Of a stretch of 32,000 nucleotides of DNA, positions 10,952-19,583 are shown in pieces. The position numbers and the translations under genes are program-made. The stretch is from Promethearchaeum syntrophicum (lineage in GTDB: Archaea; Asgardarchaeota; Lokiarchaeia; Sigyniarchaeales; Promethearchaeaceae): the NCBI RefSeq assembly GCF_008000775.2, contig NZ_CP042905.2:2250001-2282000 (forward strand). The letters are read 5' to 3'. Position 1 is the first letter of the stretch; the number at the start of each line of letters is the position of its first letter. The notes beneath the pieces are model-generated. The model searched no databases, had not been told where the DNA came from, and saw only the letters and a list, made by a program, of their open reading frames with translations.

Positions 10952-10955
10952 TTAA

Positions 10956-11963
10956 ATGACAGAACAAAATGTAAAGGCGGATCAGATGAATAATTCTTCA
11001 TTTGAAGGGTCTGAAAATATTCTTTTGGAAGCAAAAGGATTATATGCAATTTACCATGGATTAGAAGGTGCCGAAAACGTGGTTGCACTTCGAGGGCTAG
11101 ATATAATGATCCAGCAGCGGGAATTCGTGTCTGTGGTTGGGACCTCAGGAGCGGGAAAATCTACCTTACTCAGGATTCTTGGGGGGTTGCAACGTCCCAG
11201 TGCAGGATCTCTTCGATATTTTGGTCAAGATATTACCAACGTTTCGGAAGATCTCCTGGTACCATTTCGGCGAAATACAATCGGATTTATCTTTCAAGAA
11301 GGAAATCTCTTAGCCGAGCACTCTGCTTATGAGAATGTACTGAAAACTCTTCGTTATGCTGGTGTTTCATATAGTGCATCCGTGAAACGAACCAAAGAAG
11401 TCCTTCATCAATTAGGAATGACATCACGAATGCATGCAAGACCTCAAAAATTGAGTGGAGGGGAACTGCAAAGGGTTGCAATTGCACGGGCTTTAGCCAA
11501 CAAACCTTTACTCATATTGGCAGATGAACCAACAGGTAATTTGGATCATGAAAATACTGACCAAGTTATGGGACTCCTAAAAGATCTTCATAATGAAATG
11601 AACACCAGCATCTTGATAGTTACCCATAGTCCCCACGTGGCTTCTTACTCTGATCGCAATATAGAGTTAAGCGATGGAAAAATCGTTGGGCATCATGATG
11701 CAGGATCGAATATTTATGCTTTGGAGAAATCGCGTTCAGTGATTATATCGGAAACAGGGAACATGACACTCCCTCCTGAAGTTATGTCCGCCATTGAACC
11801 ATATGGAAATATGTGGAATTTTCGGTTTGAGTTATTGAATGATAATCCTCGTATAATTGCTACCCCTAAAAGCACCAGTAGCGGGATTTGTCCAATATGC
11901 AATACACCCGTTGAAATTAACAGCAGTTTTTGCACTAATTGCGGAGCTCGTTTACAAAGATAG
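10956..11963 (+). CDS. ABC transporter ATP-binding protein with C-terminal zinc ribbon
   Basis: 335 aa; Walker [39 protein letters not shown]; tail [24 protein letters not shown]. Confidence 0.95.
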   Translation: MTEQNVKADQMNNSSFEGSENILLEAKGLYAIYHGLEGAENVVALRGLDIMIQQREFVSVVGTSGAGKSTLLRILGGLQRPSAGSLRYFGQDITNVSEDLLVPFRRNTIGFIFQEGNLLAEHSAYENVLKTLRYAGVSYSASVKRTKEVLHQLGMTSRMHARPQKLSGGELQRVAIARALANKPLLILADEPTGNLDHENTDQVMGLLKDLHNEMNTSILIVTHSPHVASYSDRNIELSDGKIVGHHDAGSNIYALEKSRSVIISETGNMTLPPEVMSAIEPYGNMWNFRFELLNDNPRIIATPKSTSSGICPICNTPVEINSSFCTNCGARLQR

Positions 11964-12087
11964 TGTGGTATCACGAATGATGAAATGGAAAGTTTTTTTT
12001 TTATTACTTTGATTATTTAACAAATTGGATTATTTTTTAAAAAATTATTAGAGGAAAAAAAATTTGAAAACTTAAAAAAAAAAAAAA

Positions 12088-12579
12088 AATTGGATATTAC
12101 CTTTATGTGGAGGAATTCTTTCTATTATCGGTCTTTTTATTCCAGTATGGTATAGTATGACAGGATATGATGAAAATCTTTGGATGTGGGGATTAATCAG
12201 ACATATTTCAGTAGGTGATGTGTTTGATTTTTTACCCCCCGAATTATTAATCCCCGGTCTTATTATAGCTGTTTTAATATTAATATTCTCAATTATAATA
12301 CTAATTTTTGCCTGGTTTATTGGTAGAGGGAAAGAAATTGAGAGTACAGCAGAAAAAATATGGATAATAATGGGTTTATTAGAATTAAGTGTTGCAATTA
12401 TTTACATTGTTGCGATAGGTATAGGATGGAATTCATATACTCTCAGAATTAATTATCCCGTTCATAATTTTTGGAGGATATACAATTTTCATGTTGGGAT
12501 GATTACTCCGTTCATTGGTGCTGTTTTATCTATTGTTGGGGGACTTATCGGGAAGAAAAATAACAGAAAAATGAATTAA
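12088..12579 (+). CDS. Small multi-TM membrane protein, paralogue of 18372..18902; 5' end uncertain
   Basis: Track ORF begins at ATG 12157, but upstream in-frame codons encode NWILPLCGGILSIIGLFIPVWYS, near-identical to the paralogue N-terminus. No canonical start lies between the in-frame TAA at 12073 and 12157. Start given here is the beginning of detectable homology, not a real start codon. Confidence 0.65.
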   Translation, partial: NWILPLCGGILSIIGLFIPVWYSMTGYDENLWMWGLIRHISVGDVFDFLPPELLIPGLIIAVLILIFSIIILIFAWFIGRGKEIESTAEKIWIIMGLLELSVAIIYIVAIGIGWNSYTLRINYPVHNFWRIYNFHVGMITPFIGAVLSIVGGLIGKKNNRKMN

Positions 12580-12634
12580 ATGAATTTAAAGAAATATATT
12601 TCAATATAAAACTAGTATATATACCTCAATAATA

Positions 12635-13180
12635 ATGGTCATTACCAATTTTTTTATATTTCATTTTTTCTTAGTTGATCAGATGATTAAAAAAAAGGTT
12701 ATCAAAAAAGAGACTCTTAAGATTTATTTTTTAGGAGTATCATTATGTTTGATTTTAATCAGTTCAATCTCGATTGGCTATTCATATATCTTGTATCCCA
12801 CACTAATACCAATATATGGAGGTGGGGAAACGTTCTATTTAGATTCATATAACAATTATACTAGTCAGTTCCCTTTCTTTACAAACGCTAAACTTCATAT
12901 TATTATGAATGCCAATGATACAGTTCAAATATTTATAGATAATGAGAATGTTCTTAATGGCACTTATTATGATGTAGAAATTGAACCTAATTCTGAAATT
13001 TTGATGTTATTAAAATCATATTTTCCAGTAACCGGCAGATTTACTTTAAGGCAAGAAACTCCTATATTTATGGAAATTCTCTCTATTAGTTTACTTCTTA
13101 CAAGCGTAATTACAATTTTTATGAATTTGTATTATTTCGGAATAAAAAAAAAGGAAAAAAATCAAATTAATTATAGATAG
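12635..13180 (+). CDS. Membrane protein of unknown function with two predicted TM helices
   Basis: 181 aa; hydrophobic segments IYFLGVSLCLILISSISIGYSYIL and ILSISLLLTSVITIFMNLYYFG flanking an extracytoplasmic-looking domain. Confidence 0.55.
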   Translation: MVITNFFIFHFFLVDQMIKKKVIKKETLKIYFLGVSLCLILISSISIGYSYILYPTLIPIYGGGETFYLDSYNNYTSQFPFFTNAKLHIIMNANDTVQIFIDNENVLNGTYYDVEIEPNSEILMLLKSYFPVTGRFTLRQETPIFMEILSISLLLTSVITIFMNLYYFGIKKKEKNQINYR

Positions 13181-14609
13181 TGATACTACCAGAACCTGTC
13201 TCTATAAAAAGATCGAATCCTAATGTACCATCGAAACTTTGACTGGTTAAAGATTCATCAGTATAAATATATCCCGTGGGGTTTTCCAAATCGAATAATA
13301 TATCTCCACTTCCAACATCACATTCCCAATTTGAAGGAATAATTGTAGAATTAATATCTAAAATAATAGAAACTCCTCCACTCCCTGTATCAATATTCCC
13401 TGTTATTAAACCTCCAAGAGGATCGTGCTGTGTTAATTCAACATTAATATGGCCACTACCTCCATCAATATTCCAAAATACATCATTTTCCAAGAACAAA
13501 TCTACAGAGATTAGATTGAAACCTCCAGATCCAATCTGAACATCCAAATTTCCACCTAATGTCGTATTAATGATTCTATAATCAACGCCTCCAGAACCTG
13601 TGTCTGAATAAATTCCATTTGAAAGTTTGGAATTGGCAATATAAATATCCATACCTCCCGATCCAGTTTCCAATATTAGAGAATTTGACAGATCTACATC
13701 ATTTAAAATAATTTCCATTGACCCAGAGCCCGTATCTGCTACAAAAGAATTATCGATAGAAGAATTTTCAATATCAACATGAATTCTGCCAGAACCTGTA
13801 TCAAGATTCAGATCATTTGCAATACTTGAACCACTATTGATATCTAAATCAATATTTCCTGATCCTGTGTTTAAATGTAGATCATTAGCAATATTTGAGC
13901 TACCGTTAATATTCACATCGATACAACCCGATCCCGTAAAAATATCTAAATTTTTAAAATCTTCTCCTTCAGGAACATTGACTAAAACACTTCCCGATCC
14001 AGTATCGATATCTAAATCATAAACAATATCTGTTCGTAAAGTGACCGTAATGACACTTTGATCCCACATTGTCCAATGGAACCAATCATCCCGATAGATT
14101 CCAAATAAAACTGAAGATTCGGATGTTTCCCAGACAATATCATAAATTTCTTCCAAGCTAGATTCTTCAAATCCATGAATTGTAAAATTAAAATTGGCAT
14201 CAATCTTTACAATATCGTCTATTGGTGTTGAATTAAATTGAAATACAATTTCAGCACTACTTACATCAAAAATGAAGCCCAATTCGCTAGGAATTTCTTC
14301 AGATTCGTAAGTATAAGATCGCTCTGCTTGAATTTCATATGAATTTGCGAAAGCGAAGAGAGAACCTCCACTTAAAACCATGGTGACAATTAGTAAAAGC
14401 GCAATAGATTTTCCTAATTTTCTTTTTCTGATTCGTCCAGAATGAGCTGAATTATTCGATATTCCATCATTTGGAGTATAATGAGGTTTTTCTACATATT
14501 TCTCGGGTTGAGGTGAAGATTCCTCAATATTTTCTAACCGAGAACCACAATGAGAGCAATATTCAGTACCTGGTTCTATATTCTCTCCACAATTAAAACA
14601 ATAAGACAT
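13167..14609 (-). CDS. Zinc-ribbon + TM + repetitive DTGSG-type beta-solenoid (DUF4097/putative-adhesin-like) protein
   Basis: 480 aa; N-terminal CFNCGENIEPGTEYCSHCGS, TM SIALLLIVTMVLSGGSLFAFA, then about a dozen ~20-aa units with (D/N/E)TGSGxxxxxI. Confidence 0.75.
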   Translation of the reverse strand: MSYCFNCGENIEPGTEYCSHCGSRLENIEESSPQPEKYVEKPHYTPNDGISNNSAHSGRIRKRKLGKSIALLLIVTMVLSGGSLFAFANSYEIQAERSYTYESEEIPSELGFIFDVSSAEIVFQFNSTPIDDIVKIDANFNFTIHGFEESSLEEIYDIVWETSESSVLFGIYRDDWFHWTMWDQSVITVTLRTDIVYDLDIDTGSGSVLVNVPEGEDFKNLDIFTGSGCIDVNINGSSNIANDLHLNTGSGNIDLDINSGSSIANDLNLDTGSGRIHVDIENSSIDNSFVADTGSGSMEIILNDVDLSNSLILETGSGGMDIYIANSKLSNGIYSDTGSGGVDYRIINTTLGGNLDVQIGSGGFNLISVDLFLENDVFWNIDGGSGHINVELTQHDPLGGLITGNIDTGSGGVSIILDINSTIIPSNWECDVGSGDILFDLENPTGYIYTDESLTSQSFDGTLGFDLFIETGSGSITIYN

Positions 14610-14770
14610 ATTTTTTCACATAATTCTTTGTTAATTCTATGTAGTGGTTATTGATTATATTCCATCGGGAAACCAATAGTTGTCACGTAATCAAAATTAA
14701 ATCGCAATTTTCCCCAACCATATATTAAAAAATTCAAAAAAAATGTTCATTTCTTTAAATTGAGGGGTAA

Positions 14771-15349
14771 TTATTTTTGGAGAGTAATTTGGAATAGAAT
14801 TCCTTCCTCTTTCGATGTGATAATAGTAAATCCCGCTTCCTTTGCAAAATTTATAATTTGCTTCATAGATTGGGATTTTTTTCGGGTTCCATATCCCGTT
14901 TCGATTAACTTTCCACTAGGTAATTTAATTTTTAATCTAAAAGCAATCAAATTTTTGTCAAATTCGGTAGGATGGGTAAAATTTACGCCCCATATGATAA
15001 ATTTTCCTTTTAGAGTAAGAACTCGGTAGAATTCTTTCAAAATACTTAATAAATTTTCTTCTGGAACATACATAAGCGTGTAAAAGGAAGTAGCGGTATG
15101 AAAAGTATTATCGAGAAATTTGAGTTCTTTTCCATCCATTATGATTGGTAAAGCTTTACTCCCATTTTCAATTGCTTCTAATAATTCACTTTCCCGACGA
15201 TCAATTGCTATTACTTGTGATTCTTTAATTTGCCCAATAACCCCTTCTCCACCACCACCAAAATCTAATATCCATCCTTTATCACAAGGGAAATCATCCA
15301 AGGTGATTGTTTGATCTTCTAAAAAATAAATATCTTCTTCATCCGTCAT
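14771..15349 (-). CDS. Class I SAM-dependent methyltransferase
   Basis: 192 aa; GWILDFGGGGEGVIGQI motif I, VIAIDRRESEL, FHTATSFYTLMYVPEENLLSILKEFYRVLTLKGKFIIWGVNF. Confidence 0.85.
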   Translation of the reverse strand: MTDEEDIYFLEDQTITLDDFPCDKGWILDFGGGGEGVIGQIKESQVIAIDRRESELLEAIENGSKALPIIMDGKELKFLDNTFHTATSFYTLMYVPEENLLSILKEFYRVLTLKGKFIIWGVNFTHPTEFDKNLIAFRLKIKLPSGKLIETGYGTRKKSQSMKQIINFAKEAGFTIITSKEEGILFQITLQK

Positions 15350-15527
15350 ATTTCATCATTTTTCCATTACTGAGTTTTTTTCATATAATATTCACAATTC
15401 ATAAAAAAAAATCTTGGAGTGAATATAAAATGGTATCAAAAATAAATTATACTAATCATTATTACGAAATTTTCAGTTTCTTAATGAATAACAAAAAAAC
15501 TAGAGAGGAAATTATAGGTTAATAATG

Positions 15528-15947
15528 TTAATCCAGAATTTCTTTATTGTAGATCTTACTTACTATTTGCCAAGTATTTTTAATTTTTAATAAACTTAGG
15601 AAATCGGTATAAAGAAGCGTATTCTCTGTGGATTTTAGTATTGATTTAACTTTTACTATCGCAGTCTGTCCTATAATATCAATATTCAATATTTCTGATT
15701 TGCGTGAATAATTTGGATCGTTGATTGGTTGCGCAAGAAATTCCTTCCACCATATCCTCGGAGTTCGAATTGATTCGCCTTTATCATTTAAACCAATCAT
15801 TTCGCAATCTTTCTGCCATCCCTTACATAAATAGTCAAAATTTCTGTCAATTGCCCCCTTAATATAATAATTAGCTGCTTTTCGTACTTCTTGAACCTCT
15901 ATTAATGGATTTCTTTTTTGATTTTTCATGAATTTTCCTCCTTTCAA
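15528..15947 (-). CDS. SnoaL/NTF2-like (putative lumazine-binding, Lumazine_bd_2-like) protein
   Basis: 139 aa; helical start KAANYYIKGAIDRNFDYL, then alternating strands IIGQTAIVKVKSIL...YTDFLSLLKIKNTWQIVSKIYNKE. Confidence 0.6.
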   Translation of the reverse strand: MKGGKFMKNQKRNPLIEVQEVRKAANYYIKGAIDRNFDYLCKGWQKDCEMIGLNDKGESIRTPRIWWKEFLAQPINDPNYSRKSEILNIDIIGQTAIVKVKSILKSTENTLLYTDFLSLLKIKNTWQIVSKIYNKEILD

Positions 15948-15976
15948 AATAATTTTTATTTGAATTTATATTCTAA

Positions 15977-16065
15977 ATTCGGAATATAGTATGAATTTCC
16001 GAATGTTACAAATTTATGTCTTGCGTGAAATTTAAACATTCGGAAATATTTATCTTTTCCCGAAT
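15977..16065. promoter_or_regulatory. Two matching inverted-repeat elements in a divergent intergenic region, candidate operators
   Basis: ATTCGGAA (15977-15984) N12 TTCCGAAT (15997-16004), and ATTCGGAA (16038-16045) N12 TCCCGAAT (16058-16065); same half-site, same 12-nt spacer, 61-bp offset. Confidence 0.7.
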
Positions 16066-16093
16066 ATTCATTTTATTTAATACTTGTTGATGT

Positions 16094-16861
16094 GTGACAA
16101 TGACTTCTAAAAACCCAAATTCTGACTCAATTTCTGCTGAAATTATCCTGAAAAGTGCTCCAAAGTTCCAAATCTACAGTATGTTATTGATTCATCCTGA
16201 ATTAAATCTCAATCAACTCTCTGGATTATTAAATAAAGCCAAATCTACTGTTCATGAACATCTTGATGCATTAATCGACTGTGGCTTGGTTTCTGTAATC
16301 CGAAAAGAAAAAATCAGAAGTGATCGAGAAAAAAATTACTATGGACTTACTCAAGAAATCCCTGAAAATCAGAATTTTGAAGAATCAAATCTTGCACCAA
16401 TAAAAAATACGAAGAAAGAAAAGGAAAATTATTGTCGAGAAGTATTAAAAGTATATCAATCATTTACTATTCAACAAATATCAATTTTAAATAATTGGAA
16501 AAAATACCTCGATGGGATAGAAGATTTAATACAGAAGAGGAAAATTGATGAAGCTTATCGATCCCTAGTCTCTGTAAAAAATCCGGAAAATCTCGATTGG
16601 ATCAGGAAAAAAAAAGAAGAAAATGAATTTCATAATTACGCAAGTCTCCTTTCTGTTAGTTTTTTTACCCCAGAAATAGCATTGGAATTTGTTGAATCAG
16701 TCGAAAAAATTCACAACAAACTTCAACAAAAAGAAATTCGTAGAATTCAACTAGATCCCTCCCAAAAAAGAGTAGAAAGAACAGTATATGGTGGTATTTC
16801 TGTGATTCCAATCAAATTTGTATTAAATTTCTTAAATCAAAAAAATAATCTTCGAAATTAA
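16094..16861 (+). CDS. Winged helix-turn-helix transcriptional regulator
   Basis: 255 aa; LIHPELNLNQLSGLLNKAKSTVHEHLDALIDCGLVSVIRKEKIRSDREKNYYGLT is an ArsR/MarR-like wHTH; track start is GTG, an ATG at 16100 is equally possible. Confidence 0.8.
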   Translation: MTMTSKNPNSDSISAEIILKSAPKFQIYSMLLIHPELNLNQLSGLLNKAKSTVHEHLDALIDCGLVSVIRKEKIRSDREKNYYGLTQEIPENQNFEESNLAPIKNTKKEKENYCREVLKVYQSFTIQQISILNNWKKYLDGIEDLIQKRKIDEAYRSLVSVKNPENLDWIRKKKEENEFHNYASLLSVSFFTPEIALEFVESVEKIHNKLQQKEIRRIQLDPSQKRVERTVYGGISVIPIKFVLNFLNQKNNLRN

Positions 16862-17105
16862 AACGATTATTCCCAACTGGTTTTTGAACATCTGGTAAAT
16901 TTTCAACTCTATCTAGCTAAATAATATGTATAAACCTCAAAATTTTTACTAAGTTAAATATCAATGAATTTATATTCATTATCCCTATTTTTAGTTATAT
17001 TTCAGTTTCAATTGGAAATTCTATAACAACTGGGTTAAAAGTGATTTAAATAGGGACATTATTAATATCACTTATTGTTTAGAAAATAAATGAGAAGTAA
17101 TTAAA

Positions 17106-18242
17106 ATGACCTTATCAAGCAAAACTGCTCCAATTCCCACAATGGACGTTAAAAGTAAGGAAATCATAGAGGAAGATGAGAATTTCTTAAAATTTTTTAA
17201 TAAACAGCTCATACGACTATTCTATGACGCATTTCGTTTTTCTTTAAAATCTCCATCTTATGCATATTTCTTACTGAAAACATTACAATATCAGAAAAAA
17301 GCCCAAAAAGTGCGATCGAAATGGAAAGAACAACAATTGCATGTTCCTGCTTTTCTCATTTTTAGTGTTACTGGGAAATGTAATCTCCAATGCAAAGGAT
17401 GCTATTCTCATGCACAACATCGAAATAAAGAAGCTGAATTATCTTCCCAAAAATTACGTGATATTATCGCTGAAGCAAAGGATTTAGGTATATCCATTAT
17501 TCTTTTTGCTGGTGGAGAACCCTTTATAAGACCTGAATTATTGGATATTACTGCACAGTTTCCAGAAATCATCTTTCCAATCTTTACAAATGGATTGCTG
17601 ATCAATGATATTATGATTCAAAAATTGAAAAAACAAAAGAATGTCATCCCAGTTTTAAGCATTGAAGGGGGTTATGAAGAAACTGATTTACGCAGAGGTA
17701 CAGGTGTGTTTGGAAAAGTGCAAAATGTAATGCAAAAGCTATTTCAAGCCAGGATATTTTTTGGAACTTCAATCACTTTAACTACTTCGAATTTCTCCAT
17801 TGTGACCCAAACAACTTTCATTCAATCCATTATTGATCATGGTTGTAAACTCTTTTTCTACATCGATTACGTACCAGTAAAAGAAAGAACGGAACATTTA
17901 ATGCTTACGGAAGAACAAGCTTCTCAAATATCTCTTTTAACAGATCACTTCAAAAAACAATTCTCACAATTATTTGTGGCATTTCCTGGGGATGAGGAAA
18001 AATTAGGAGGATGTTTATCTGCTGGTCGAGGATTTCTTCATATCAGTCCTGAAGGACGTATTGAACCTTGTCCGTTTGCCCCATATTCTGATACGAATTT
18101 GCAGGATGTCTCTTTAAAAGAAGCACTTCAATCAAAATTTCTAGCTCAAATCCGCCAAAATCATGATGAACTGATGGAAACTCGCGGTGGTTGTGCATTG
18201 TGGGAAAAACAAGAATGGGTAAAAACACTCTTACACAAATAA
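17106..18242 (+). CDS. Radical SAM protein with SPASM-like C-terminal Cys region
   Basis: 378 aa; FSVTGKCNLQCKGCYSHAQ (CxxxCxxC), ILFAGGEPFIRPELLDI; C-terminal GGCLSAGRGFLHISPEGRIEPCPFAPYSD...GGCALW. Confidence 0.9.
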   Translation: MTLSSKTAPIPTMDVKSKEIIEEDENFLKFFNKQLIRLFYDAFRFSLKSPSYAYFLLKTLQYQKKAQKVRSKWKEQQLHVPAFLIFSVTGKCNLQCKGCYSHAQHRNKEAELSSQKLRDIIAEAKDLGISIILFAGGEPFIRPELLDITAQFPEIIFPIFTNGLLINDIMIQKLKKQKNVIPVLSIEGGYEETDLRRGTGVFGKVQNVMQKLFQARIFFGTSITLTTSNFSIVTQTTFIQSIIDHGCKLFFYIDYVPVKERTEHLMLTEEQASQISLLTDHFKKQFSQLFVAFPGDEEKLGGCLSAGRGFLHISPEGRIEPCPFAPYSDTNLQDVSLKEALQSKFLAQIRQNHDELMETRGGCALWEKQEWVKTLLHK

Positions 18243-18371
18243 ATCTTGCATTTACCCATGGTTCTGAAAGAAATTTATATCTATGAGAAATATATATCTA
18301 TTAGAAAATTAACAAGAAAAACTTATATATTCTTCATTTTTCTTTTTTCCAATCATTAGAGGTTAAAAAAT

Positions 18372-18902
18372 TTGACAACTCTCAAAAAAAAAAATTGGAT
18401 ATTGCCTTTAAGTGGAGGAATTCTTTCTATTATCGGACTTTTTATTCCTGTATGGTATAGTACAACAGGATTTAAGGAGAATCTTTGGATGTGGGGATTG
18501 ATCGAACATATAACAGTCGGAAATGTGTTTGATTTTTTACCTCCTGAATTATTAATCCCTGGTCTTATTATTGCTGTTTTAATATTATTATTCTCAATTG
18601 TAATAATTACCTCAACCTTGTTTAGTATCAGAAGAAAAGAGATCCAAAACATTGCTCAAAAATTATGGATAATAATGGGTATTTTAGAATTGTGCGCTGC
18701 AATTATTTACATAGTTGCGATGGTTATAGGATGGAATGCATATACTATAAGAATTAATTATAATGTTCACGACTTTTTGAGGATATACAATTTCCATATT
18801 GGGATGGTAACTCCCTTTATTGGTGCTGCTTTATCTATCGTTGGTACATTTCTCGGAAAGCGATATAAACGAGAAATGGATGAAATGAATTTAAGAATGT
18901 AA
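18372..18902 (+). CDS. Small multi-TM membrane protein, paralogue of the 12088-12579 gene
   Basis: 176 aa, TTG start; NWILPLSGGILSIIGLFIPVWYSTTGFKENLWMWGLI...FDFLPPELLIPGLIIAVLIL; about 4 predicted TMs. Confidence 0.75.
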   Translation: MTTLKKKNWILPLSGGILSIIGLFIPVWYSTTGFKENLWMWGLIEHITVGNVFDFLPPELLIPGLIIAVLILLFSIVIITSTLFSIRRKEIQNIAQKLWIIMGILELCAAIIYIVAMVIGWNAYTIRINYNVHDFLRIYNFHIGMVTPFIGAALSIVGTFLGKRYKREMDEMNLRM

Positions 18903-19017
18903 TTTTCAATACATAGCTAATGTAATTGTTTATTTTTCTTGACTTTAGAAGGAGCTATTCAACAAAAAACTAATATATATAAAAATGAGAATGGTTTAAT
19001 CTAAGATGGTGAGATTT

Positions 19018-19455
19018 ATGTCATCAGAGAAAATTGACCAGAATATAGCAAAAATTGAACAGCTAAAAAATGAGATACAACAAATTAAAGATCAAGGTAA
19101 AGATCGGAAAAGAATTGCAAAAAATGAAATTGAAAAAAGAAAGGATGCAATTTCTGATAATGAGGGGGCGAAGCGAAAAATTGCGAAAGAAAAATTCGAA
19201 TTAAAAGAGAAAGCAATGAAAAATGCTAAAAAAGCGCTCTCACAAGCTAAAGATGAACTAAAAAATGCAAAAAATGAATTAAAAGATGCTGAAAAGGTTC
19301 ATAAATCCGCAAAATCTGCACATGAGAAGGAATCTGAACAGAAGTTGAACAATATAAGAGCAGAAACTAAGAATGCAGAAAAAGTAAAAGAAAATGCAAT
19401 TAAAACCCTCCAAAAAGAAATTGAGAGAGAAAAAAAGTTGATGGAAGCCTCATAA
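19018..19455 (+). CDS. Highly charged coiled-coil protein
   Basis: Track ORF 19006..19455; alternative ATG at 19018. Lys/Glu/Ala-rich through its length (IEQLKNEIQQIKDQGKDRKRIAKNEIEKRKDAISDNEG...), no TM. Confidence 0.6.
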   Translation: MSSEKIDQNIAKIEQLKNEIQQIKDQGKDRKRIAKNEIEKRKDAISDNEGAKRKIAKEKFELKEKAMKNAKKALSQAKDELKNAKNELKDAEKVHKSAKSAHEKESEQKLNNIRAETKNAEKVKENAIKTLQKEIEREKKLMEAS

Positions 19456-19583
19456 TATAATGTTTGCAGTAGAAACTAGTTAGCTGGTAAGTTAACTAAG
19501 AATTTTTCTTTTTTTTCCTTTTCTTACATGCCCAATCTAATCCTTTAAATAAATTAACGCCATATCTATACAGTAATAATGGG

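Noticed and set aside
3897-12000. Track ORFs antisense to or out of frame with confident genes (3897..4106, 5422..5616, 6333..6518, 6780..6983, 7229..7537, 7796..7984, 8311..8553, 8881..9135, 9328..9543, 9385..9783, 11287..11487, 11714..11974)
   Set aside because: They overlap longer genes with strong family motifs and their translations are low-complexity or have no recognisable features.
13276-15522. Small + strand ORFs opposite the solenoid and methyltransferase genes (13276..13539, 13837..14022, 14760..15029, 15120..15314, 15307..15522)
   Set aside because: Antisense shadow ORFs; Pro/Ser-rich translations such as PDPVSISKS mirror the DTGSG repeats on the opposite strand.
16862-17105. RiPP-style precursor peptide upstream of the radical SAM gene
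   Set aside because: Only very short frames exist here (for example MNLYSLSLFLVIFQFQLEIL), with no leader/core layout or Cys/Ser/Thr-rich core.
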